A DNA stretch of 64,000 nt from a virus (lineage: Duplodnaviria; Caudoviricetes). Positions 57,426-64,000 of the stretch are shown here, in pieces. Position 1 is the first letter of the stretch; the number at the start of each line of letters is the position of its first letter. A model generated the notes under the pieces. That model saw only the letters and a program-made list of their open reading frames with translations, searched no databases and was not told the DNA's origin. The translations under genes were made by a program, and so were the position numbers. The stretch spans positions 4,191 through 68,190 of the IMG/VR virus record IMGVR_UViG_2974749168_000001; one strand, 5' to 3'.

Positions 57426-58175
57426 ATGGACACGCGAATCATTGACCACGTCGACACGACCCGAATCGGGACTCAATCGGACGACGGCCTATTGCAGCTC
57501 ACTGACATCGGGTGCGACACCGACACCGACGACGCTGTGAGCGTCACCGTCCGGGAGCTGATTGGTCACAACGGATGGACATGTTCCCCGCGGTCGCTTG
57601 ACAAGCGTATGCGCCGCTTCGCTGCGCGCTGCTCGGGATACGGCGACCGTGCGCGGGTGAGCGTCGAGCGTCGGTGGATCGCTTACGGGTGCGACAACGT
57701 GACCTATTCGGTCCGTCCGGCCGACGGCCGACCGGGGGAGCGCTCCCGAGCGCGCCTCGACGGGATCTTTGCCGCCAACGGATGGCGCAGCGCGGCGAGC
57801 GATAAGTCGGGACACCCGGACGTGTACGTCCGGGACACGACACACGGGGGACCTCGGGCAATGGTCCAGGTGTATAGGGACCCGGCGCGGGGTCGAGTCA
57901 CCGGAGCGACGCTGTTCGACGACGACGGCCGCGCCTACCCGTTCCCATCACACGGGACGCTGCGCGCGGTGAGCGCGTACCTGCTCGGGTACCGGTGGAA
58001 GGTCACGACATACAACGGCGCCGTCCCGACGTTCGGCGTTCGCTACGGTCCCTCGGGGTCGATTGTGTTCCCGACCGAACCGGCCGCGCGCCGGTACTTC
58101 AAGCGCGTCAACCGTGAGCAGAGCGCAACGATCACCCGTGTCCCACCGGCCGACAAACCGGCCGGTACCCGGTAG
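57426..58175 (+). CDS. Island hypothetical protein (249 aa)
   Basis: CAGGA RBS. Confidence 0.75.
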   Translation: MDTRIIDHVDTTRIGTQSDDGLLQLTDIGCDTDTDDAVSVTVRELIGHNGWTCSPRSLDKRMRRFAARCSGYGDRARVSVERRWIAYGCDNVTYSVRPADGRPGERSRARLDGIFAANGWRSAASDKSGHPDVYVRDTTHGGPRAMVQVYRDPARGRVTGATLFDDDGRAYPFPSHGTLRAVSAYLLGYRWKVTTYNGAVPTFGVRYGPSGSIVFPTEPAARRYFKRVNREQSATITRVPPADKPAGTR

Positions 58176-58176
58176 T

Positions 58177-58205
58177 TTGCACGGTTGACGTTAAGCGCGT
58201 AACGT
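58177..58205 (+). promoter_or_regulatory. Promoter TTGCAC-N17-TAACGT with the operator variant TTGACGTTAA in the spacer
   Basis: Read directly. Confidence 0.68.
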
Positions 58206-58249
58206 ATCCCACATCGGGTCACCGGGACCCACTCACGAAAGGATCGACC

Positions 58250-58933
58250 ATGACACTCACACACGTTGTTACCGTCCGCGACACCGTCACGCTGCGCCGG
58301 GATCTCTCAGCTACCGGGTACGTCGGCGCAGTTCATCCCGACGGCGTCACCGTGCGGGTGTCCTGGGAAGGCGGGGCCGGTGTCTCGACCCTCGAAAACA
58401 TCGCCGATCTGTTCTATATCCTGCCTGCCGATCACGTCGGCGAGCGTCACACGGTTGATCTGCGGCCGGGTGTCCCGACGGTGTGCGGCGCCGGTGTGTT
58501 CACGTGGACAGACGAGTACGGCGACGAGTACGCGGGAAGCTGTACTCACCCCGCTGGGCATGACGGGGACTGTGCCGTGTCGATCGACGGCCTCGACGGC
58601 CTCGACGACGAGCGTTGCGTCGCGTGCGGTGAACCGGTCGACTACTGCCAGGGACACGGCGAGATCGGCGACCCGGTCGGCCGTGCGATCCTCGACGCAC
58701 ACGACGACGGCGACCACAACAATTGTCACCCGCTCGGGTGCGACGACGCTCCCCGGTCGTACTGGTACCGGTTCAACCGGCCGATGGAGCGGGAGCACTA
58801 CGTCGGCGATCTCGACGGTCTCGCGTATCACGTCGCGCGTCTACTCACCGTCCGGACCGTTCGCCTGCTCGACGACGGCCGCATGGTCGACGCCGGTTGC
58901 GGGATGACCGTCGGCGAGTATGGCGAACTGTAA
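58250..58933 (+). CDS. Island acidic Cys/His-rich protein (227 aa, no Lys)
   Basis: GAAAGGA RBS; several Cys/His clusters. Confidence 0.78.
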   Translation: MTLTHVVTVRDTVTLRRDLSATGYVGAVHPDGVTVRVSWEGGAGVSTLENIADLFYILPADHVGERHTVDLRPGVPTVCGAGVFTWTDEYGDEYAGSCTHPAGHDGDCAVSIDGLDGLDDERCVACGEPVDYCQGHGEIGDPVGRAILDAHDDGDHNNCHPLGCDDAPRSYWYRFNRPMEREHYVGDLDGLAYHVARLLTVRTVRLLDDGRMVDAGCGMTVGEYGEL

Positions 58934-58946
58934 CCCTCACTCATCC

Positions 58947-58975
58947 CGCGGCCGGGTCACCTCGACCCGGCCGCG
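58947..58975 (+). terminator. 12-bp perfect intergenic hairpin
   Basis: CGCGGCCGGGTC-ACCTC-GACCCGGCCGCG. Confidence 0.55.
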
Positions 58976-59000
58976 CCCTCACAGATAGGAAACGCTCATC

Positions 59001-59669
59001 ATGTCCGCAACGGGATACCTCGGCCGCAACGTGTACCGGTCGGCCGACGAGAACAAACAACCGACACCCGTCGAGCGGCTCACGGGGACCTCGACGACGT
59101 TCGGCCCTCGACCGCGCACGCTGCGCCGTAACGCCGACATCGGGCCCGCGATCGCCGACCGGATACCCGCCCTCGACGGCGGCGTGAGCGACGACGACGC
59201 GCGCGCAGCGGCCGCGTTTCGCACCCGCAACGGCGCCGTGTCGGCCGGATGGATCCCGTACGGCGAACTGTGCCGGTGGATCACGGGTCGATACGACGGC
59301 GCAGACAACGGGTGCGCGCTCCCCGCGGGGTGGCGCCGGGAGCTGTCCGAAGTCGCCTGCACACAATCGACGGCGTACGTGTACGTCGTATTCAGCTACG
59401 AAACGCCGATAGCGTGGCTGGACATGCGGGACGCGGCGCCGGTGCGCTCCCCGCTGCTCACGGTCCCCGATGTCCGCTATTCCCTCTCGACCGGCCGTCA
59501 CCAATCGGCGTGCCTCGGATACTTCCCGCGCAACGCCGACGGGACGCACGACTACTCGCGTGAGTACGTCCGCACCGGTGAGCGTGCGACGCTCCCCGAC
59601 GTCGACCCCGGGGAAGTCTCGCGTGGCCGCGGCCGGTCCCCGTTCGGACCTCGACGGGGAGGCTACTGA
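59001..59669 (+). CDS. Island hypothetical protein (222 aa)
   Basis: TAGGA RBS; YVVFSYETPIAW...YSLSTGRHQS pattern recalled from other actinophage proteins. Confidence 0.78.
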   Translation: MSATGYLGRNVYRSADENKQPTPVERLTGTSTTFGPRPRTLRRNADIGPAIADRIPALDGGVSDDDARAAAAFRTRNGAVSAGWIPYGELCRWITGRYDGADNGCALPAGWRRELSEVACTQSTAYVYVVFSYETPIAWLDMRDAAPVRSPLLTVPDVRYSLSTGRHQSACLGYFPRNADGTHDYSREYVRTGERATLPDVDPGEVSRGRGRSPFGPRRGGY

Positions 59670-59671
59670 AC

Positions 59672-59842
59672 ATGCGAGCGTCCGAACGTCGCGCGCTCCG
59701 CGCGATCACGGCCGACGCGCTGCGCGGGGTGGTCGCGATACCGGCCGACTCCCCTCACTACTGGCAAGCGCTCGACACCCTGCACACGGCCCGCGCACAC
59801 CGGCGCGCGCTGCTCACCCTCACAGATTGGCCCGAAAAATGA
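59672..59842 (+). CDS. Island small protein (56 aa; not in the ORF track)
   Basis: Hand translation MRASERRALRAITADALRGVVAIPADSPHYWQALDTLHTARAHRRALLTLTDWPEK; ATGA coupling to the next gene. Confidence 0.55.
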   Translation: MRASERRALRAITADALRGVVAIPADSPHYWQALDTLHTARAHRRALLTLTDWPEK

Positions 59843-60672
59843 CACACTCACCCGCTGCTAGCGACGTAATCGCAACGCGCACACTCGACCCCGTCGACGG
59901 TTTCACGCTCACCGCTTTCGAGGTCCCCGACACCGACTCGACACCGATCGGCCAATCGCTCGACGAGGGTGGCTGTTACACGGCCGACGACATCGAGGCA
60001 TGGCGCCGTGATGAGTGGCAGTACGTCGGTGTCGTCGTCGTCGCGTCGCGCGCCGGGGTGGATCTCGGGAGCGCGTCGATATGGGGAATGGACACCGGCG
60101 ACTATTGGGACGCGATCACTCGCGCCGACGGCCGGACACCCTACGGGGTGCTGGACAACGTCCCGAACAGCGTCACCACGGGACACCCTCGGGAGGATGG
60201 CGGGATCGACTACGTCACCCGGGATGACTTTGCCCACGGATACGGCGCAGACCTGATCTCTGAAGCGCTCACCGAAGCGCGCGCGACGGTCGCCGCGCTC
60301 ACGTCGCCGGACGTCGTAATCCCGGTGTGCGACGAGTGTGGGGAGCGCGCCGACGGCGTGAGCGACGCGCACGGCGTCGCCTGCTCACTGTTCACGGGCA
60401 ACGTCGCCGGGGACCCCTACGAGGTCCCGGCGCCGACGTTCTACCCGGGTGCGGGAGGCTGGCACACCGAACAGCGGGGGACATGCACGTATCACGTCGC
60501 GACCATCGCCGGGGGACATCGCGCGGCGTATGTGACGTTGAGCGATGCCAACGAGTACGTCGCCGGTCTCTACGACACAACGGACACCCCGCACGTGATC
60601 GGGACGTTCCCGACGCTGTTCGACGGGAAGCGCGCGGCCGACGCTGCTCGGGAGCGGGGGAGCGTCAAGTGA
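59839..60672 (+). CDS. Island acidic hypothetical protein (277 aa)
   Basis: AWRRDEWQYVGVVVVASRAGVDLGSASIWG pattern; CDEC motif. Confidence 0.78.
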   Translation: MTHSPAASDVIATRTLDPVDGFTLTAFEVPDTDSTPIGQSLDEGGCYTADDIEAWRRDEWQYVGVVVVASRAGVDLGSASIWGMDTGDYWDAITRADGRTPYGVLDNVPNSVTTGHPREDGGIDYVTRDDFAHGYGADLISEALTEARATVAALTSPDVVIPVCDECGERADGVSDAHGVACSLFTGNVAGDPYEVPAPTFYPGAGGWHTEQRGTCTYHVATIAGGHRAAYVTLSDANEYVAGLYDTTDTPHVIGTFPTLFDGKRAADAARERGSVK

Positions 60673-61352
60673 ACGTCACGACACCCGACGGCCGTGTGAT
60701 CGGCCGCGTGGATCTCACCCCGACCGACGTCGCAGCGCTCGCGCACGGTGTCGGCGCCGACGTCGAGCGACGCGCTCGCGCTCTCATCGGCGCGCAGCGC
60801 GCAGCGATCGCCACCGGGGGAGGCTGGACACCGGGACCGTCGACCGACGCGCGACCGTCGAGCGGGGAGCGTCCCCGTCGCCGTCGATGGTGGCCGTGGA
60901 TCGCCGGTGTGTTCGGCGCGCTCGCGCTGCTCGGGATGATCGCCGACACCGACGAGACACCCGCGGCCGACTCCCCGGCCGTCGAGGTCCCCGCAACCGT
61001 GGCACCGCAACCGGTCGACGCTGCGCGCGCGGTCCCGGCCGCGGACGGTTCGATCATGGTTGGGGCCGTCGTGGTCGACAACGTATTCGACGACCGCTCA
61101 CCGCTGCGCGACCGGTTTGCCGGTGTCGTGATCTCGCACGGCGCAACCGGGACCGTCGGCCGTGAGCTTGACGCGAACCTACGCGACGGGATCAAGTTCT
61201 GTCGGGATCTCGCGACCGGGCAACCGATCGCCACCCGACACGCGGCGATCGTCACCGGGACCGCCCCGGCGCGCGCCGGGTACGGGGACCTCGGGACCCA
61301 ACGTCGCGCGATCGTCACCGCTGCGCTCTCGACGCTGTGCCCTGCTCTGTAA
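60669..61352 (+). CDS. Island membrane-anchored protein with a DUF732-like C-terminal domain
   Basis: RRRRWWPWIAGVFGALALLGMIA TM; GIKFCRDLATG ... AALSTLCP cysteine pair. Confidence 0.65.
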   Translation: MNVTTPDGRVIGRVDLTPTDVAALAHGVGADVERRARALIGAQRAAIATGGGWTPGPSTDARPSSGERPRRRRWWPWIAGVFGALALLGMIADTDETPAADSPAVEVPATVAPQPVDAARAVPAADGSIMVGAVVVDNVFDDRSPLRDRFAGVVISHGATGTVGRELDANLRDGIKFCRDLATGQPIATRHAAIVTGTAPARAGYGDLGTQRRAIVTAALSTLCPAL

Positions 61353-61384
61353 CCCTCACTCACACAACAAGAATTGGAGCTGTC

Positions 61385-61915
61385 ATGCACTTCAAACCGG
61401 GTAACGCGCTCGCGCAAGTGAGCGACCGGCACTATCTCACGCTCGACGACGTCGTCGAGTACTCCCGGACCGACCGGTATCCGGCGCCGCGCAGCGCTAC
61501 CGGGTACGGCGAGAGCGCAACGGCGCACCGGTTGCGCTGCGCCGTCGGCGACGACGGCCGGATACTCACCCGGCGTGTGTACGTCCTGAACTATGGCAAC
61601 GGGGGAGGCACGCCGTACGTGTACGGCCGGGTGAGCGGGGAGCGCACACGGTTCTACCTCGACCCGTGGGTCGAGGACTACGTGCGTGCCATGGTCGCGC
61701 TCGACCGGAAAACGTCGGCCGTCGAGACGCTCGACGTCACCCGCGCAGCGACACAGGACCGATGGAACGATTACGGGTACGCCGACCGGGTGAGCGCGAC
61801 CGACGGTAGTCCTCGGGGACCGCTGCGCGTCTACCCGACGTCGAGACCAGACGACGTCGGCCGGTTAACCCGTGAGGGTCGTCTGTACTTCGCACGTCGG
61901 GACGCGCAGCGATGA
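61385..61915 (+). CDS. Island hypothetical protein (176 aa)
   Basis: GGAG RBS; SATGYG...RRVYVLNYGNGG..YV pattern. Confidence 0.75.
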   Translation: MHFKPGNALAQVSDRHYLTLDDVVEYSRTDRYPAPRSATGYGESATAHRLRCAVGDDGRILTRRVYVLNYGNGGGTPYVYGRVSGERTRFYLDPWVEDYVRAMVALDRKTSAVETLDVTRAATQDRWNDYGYADRVSATDGSPRGPLRVYPTSRPDDVGRLTREGRLYFARRDAQR

Positions 61916-62241
61916 GCGCGCGCGACGAGTGGCGACTGGGTGCGCCGGGAATGCTCACGTCCGGCGACGTGTGGTCACAGTCTCGACCGGCGACCGTCAA
62001 CGTTCTCATGTGGTCGGCCGACAACGCCGAGGGAAACAACGTTTACGCGCGACCGCGAGGACCGATCGCCGACGTGGTCCGGGATCTTGTCTGGCAGACA
62101 TGGCGAGAGCTGCGGCCGACGCTCGCGCAGCGCTACCCGGACGCGATTGTCACCGTGCGGCCGGACGACTGCTATCGCGGCCGGTGGCACTACACCGTGT
62201 GGTCTCACCCGTTAGTTGCGCCGGTTAGCGTCAACCCGTAA
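61912..62241 (+). CDS. Island hypothetical protein (109 aa, no Lys)
   Basis: ATGA coupling. Confidence 0.65.
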   Translation: MSARDEWRLGAPGMLTSGDVWSQSRPATVNVLMWSADNAEGNNVYARPRGPIADVVRDLVWQTWRELRPTLAQRYPDAIVTVRPDDCYRGRWHYTVWSHPLVAPVSVNP

Positions 62242-62288
62242 TGTCTGTCGTGTCGGCGAGAGACGCCGACGAGACGAGAGGACACCCC

Positions 62289-62624
62289 ATGGCACACAAC
62301 ACACTCACCGCGCAGATGTTTGACGCGCTCGCGTCGGTCGACATCGACGGCGTCGACATCTCTCAGGACCACGCCGGTCGGTGGCTCGACCTCGAATTGA
62401 CCACCGGGGAGGGCGGGGACCTGCTCATCGACCGTGATCGCCGGTACCCGGACGGTCTCGGGTGGCGGACACGGTGCGACCGTGTCGGGACCCGTCACCA
62501 CCGGACCATGGGGGACGTTGTCGACTACGTGACGTGGTGGGCCGACCGGTACGGCTACACGACACCGGACGTCGCGCCGGTGACGCTCACCCTGTTCGAC
62601 GGCGGCGCGTCGGTCGACGTATAG
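62289..62624 (+). CDS. Island hypothetical protein (111 aa, no Lys)
   Basis: GAGAGGACACCCC RBS. Confidence 0.7.
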   Translation: MAHNTLTAQMFDALASVDIDGVDISQDHAGRWLDLELTTGEGGDLLIDRDRRYPDGLGWRTRCDRVGTRHHRTMGDVVDYVTWWADRYGYTTPDVAPVTLTLFDGGASVDV

Positions 62625-62633
62625 CTCACCCCT

Positions 62634-62662
62634 CGGGACCCGGTCACTACGGCCGGGTCCCG
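62634..62662 (+). terminator. 10-bp intergenic hairpin followed by TTT
   Basis: CGGGACCCGG / CCGGGTCCCG. Confidence 0.55.
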
Positions 62663-62690
62663 TTTCATCTCTCACAGATTGGATCTCCCC

Positions 62691-62966
62691 ATGACAGACC
62701 ACCGGACACCCGGAATCATCACCAAAGTCGACCGACTCACCCGGGCAAACACACTCGCGCTCGAAACGGCCGTCACCCGCGGATACCTCGACGGCGACCG
62801 GGTCGACGTCGGTCGCACCGTCGCGACGTTTCGGGACGCGACTGCGGCCGACGCGCTCGCGTTGCTCGACGCTGCTCGGGAAGCGCTCGCACAGGATCAC
62901 GGGACCCGGGGACACCCCGTAGCGTCGCTACCGGCCGTGCGCCGTAAGTTGGTCGCGCTGCTGTAA
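62691..62966 (+). CDS. Island hypothetical protein (91 aa)
   Basis: Preceded by the CTCACAGATTGG motif. Confidence 0.7.
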   Translation: MTDHRTPGIITKVDRLTRANTLALETAVTRGYLDGDRVDVGRTVATFRDATAADALALLDAAREALAQDHGTRGHPVASLPAVRRKLVALL

Positions 62967-63010
62967 TTCCCGGCGCATCGGGTGAGTTGGTCCCCGACGT
63001 TGGATGACAC

Positions 63011-63048
63011 CCGACACCCCGTCACTCCCCATGGTGACGGGGTGTCGG
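63011..63048. terminator. 15-bp perfect hairpin closing the island
   Basis: CCGACACCCCGTCAC / GTGACGGGGTGTCGG. Confidence 0.65.
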
Positions 63049-63241
63049 CGTGTGTGCGCTGTGCGGGTGTCGTGTGTGCGGGTGGATCTCGGGGAGCGTC
63101 GTCGAGAGCGGGTGCGCTGCTCGGGAGCGTGAGAGCGTCGCTGTGCTCGACGCCGGGAAGGTGAGCGGGTGAGTGTGCGCTCATCGCTGCGCGGCCGTGT
63201 GTGGCGATCTCGGGACGTGTGCGGCCGTGTGTCGTCGAGCA

Positions 63242-63284
63242 GGGTAGGGGTGTCATGGGTAGGGGTGTCCTAGGTAGGGGTGTC
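63242..63284 (+). repeat. GGTAGGGGTGTC x3, 15-bp period
   Basis: 63243, 63258, 63273. Confidence 0.85.
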
Positions 63285-63309
63285 TGTGCGGCGCCGAATG
63301 ATGGGAGCA

Positions 63310-63600
63310 TTTCAAAAAACTTTACTGACTTGAATTATCTTTACTGACATGGATTATCTTTACTAACGTGCATATAGGCAGATACGAGGTAATTGTTTTC
63401 TAAGAATGAACAGGAATAAATAATTAATTATTTGTATTAGGCATTGTAATAGGCATAGGGGAGGGGTCCTATATAGGGGTATTTATGCACATTGAATAAT
63501 ACTTAGATGTTCTAATAATATTTCTAGAAATAATTCTGAGATATTTCTAGAATGAGTTGCACAATTGACGTCAATCGTTTAAACTAAGAATGTCAGCAAG
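63310..63600. other. AT-rich, origin-like region with three tandem 19-bp repeats and palindromes
   Basis: CTTTACTGACTTGAATTAT / CTTTACTGACATGGATTAT / CTTTACTAACGTGCAT at 63320, 63339, 63358; TATTTCTAGAAATA at 63519-63532. Confidence 0.55.
63557..63585 (+). promoter_or_regulatory. Promoter TTGCAC-N17-TAAACT with ATTGACGTCAAT in the spacer
   Basis: Read directly. Confidence 0.75.
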
Positions 63601-63621
63601 GAACGAACAAAGGAGCAGAAA

Positions 63622-63837
63622 ATGACCAGCACGATTGAGTACACCGAAGGCCACCGGTACACGGCGGAAATGATCGGGATCGGCGACACCGAAGAGATCA
63701 GTGCAATACGAGAGCACATTTCCCGGGTCGAGCGTGCAGCGTCGACCGACTTCGCCACTTGGGACCGCTGTTACTGGTTTGCCACGGGGTGCGCCGACGC
63801 TCTCGCCGGGAAGCGCGACCGGACACACGGCCGCTGA
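63622..63837 (+). CDS. Hypothetical protein (71 aa)
   Basis: AAAGGAG RBS; own promoter and terminator. Confidence 0.78.
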   Translation: MTSTIEYTEGHRYTAEMIGIGDTEEISAIREHISRVERAASTDFATWDRCYWFATGCADALAGKRDRTHGR

Positions 63838-63851
63838 CAGCCTCGACACCG

Positions 63852-63883
63852 ACGGCCGTGCCCTACGGGGTGCGGCCGTTTTT
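63852..63883 (+). terminator. Rho-independent terminator
   Basis: ACGGCCGTGCCC-TAC-GGGGTGCGGCCGT-TTTT. Confidence 0.8.
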
Positions 63884-64000
63884 CTGCGCGCAGCGTGGCC
63901 CTGAGCTGCGCGTATGGTCCCTCGGGGACCCGGCGACCGCGCAGCGGGGGACGGGGGAGGGACCCCCTCCCCGGCCTGCGGCCAGGGGCCCGCCGCGTAC

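Noticed and set aside
55879-62966. Codon reassignment or sequencing artefact behind the missing lysines
   Set aside because: ORFs are intact with normal starts, stops and RBSs, and occasional AAG/AAA codons are present; no tRNA or recoding signal was seen.
55360-63300. UV-resistance (dipyrimidine avoidance) as the explanation of the island signature, suggested by the nearby SOS boxes
   Set aside because: TC/GA and CC/GG steps, which are major photoproduct sites, remain abundant; mainly AG/CT- and AA/TT-containing words are depleted.
62897-63310. 137-aa reverse ORF over the GT-rich and repeat region
   Set aside because: Pro/Thr/His low-complexity translation of repeats, no RBS, overlaps a hairpin and a + strand gene.
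1-64000. Integration/lysogeny cassette, DNA-modification cluster, inteins, DGR or retron
   Set aside because: No recombinase, reverse transcriptase, methyltransferase or queuosine-pathway motifs, and no intein-sized insertions in TerL, DnaE or the helicases.

Overview
This window is most or all of a high-GC, tailed, siphovirus-like actinobacteriophage genome. The split lysin A, the cutinase-like lysin B and the WhiB proteins point to a mycolic-acid host such as Gordonia, Rhodococcus or Mycobacterium (inference). No integrase, repressor cassette, tRNA or CRISPR array was seen, so it looks lytic. Layout: (1) 1-8.9 kb, + strand: small accessory genes, a HicA-like gene, a displaced lysin B, a receptor-binding-like protein and an HNH nuclease. 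(2) 8.9-33.5 kb, +: packaging, head and tail operon, with a -1 frameshifted tail chaperone and a 1797-aa tape measure. (3) 33.5-36.4 kb, +: lysis cassette. (4) 36.4-55.3 kb, -: replication/recombination arm (primase-helicase, WhiB, HTH, RuvC-like, DnaE, SSB-like, Sak4-like ATPase, Cas4-like nuclease, SNF2-like helicase). (5) 55.3-64 kb, +: a sharply bounded island of small unknown genes, followed by an AT-rich, iteron-bearing, origin-like segment. The island is the best candidate for an undescribed system. Its 13 proteins are almost lysine-free (14 K in about 2240 aa by hand count), its DNA avoids AAG/CTT and CCAG/CTGG on both strands, three perfect actinobacterial LexA boxes lie upstream, repeated intergenic modules separate the genes, and each end has a G-tract plus AT-rich block. 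Other highlights are a TTGACGTCAA operator placed in or against six sigma-A-like promoters, a hairpin loop complementary to the ribosome-binding sites of structural genes, and a probable three-polypeptide endolysin made from two genes. All counts are by hand and all functions are motif-based; no database searches were run.
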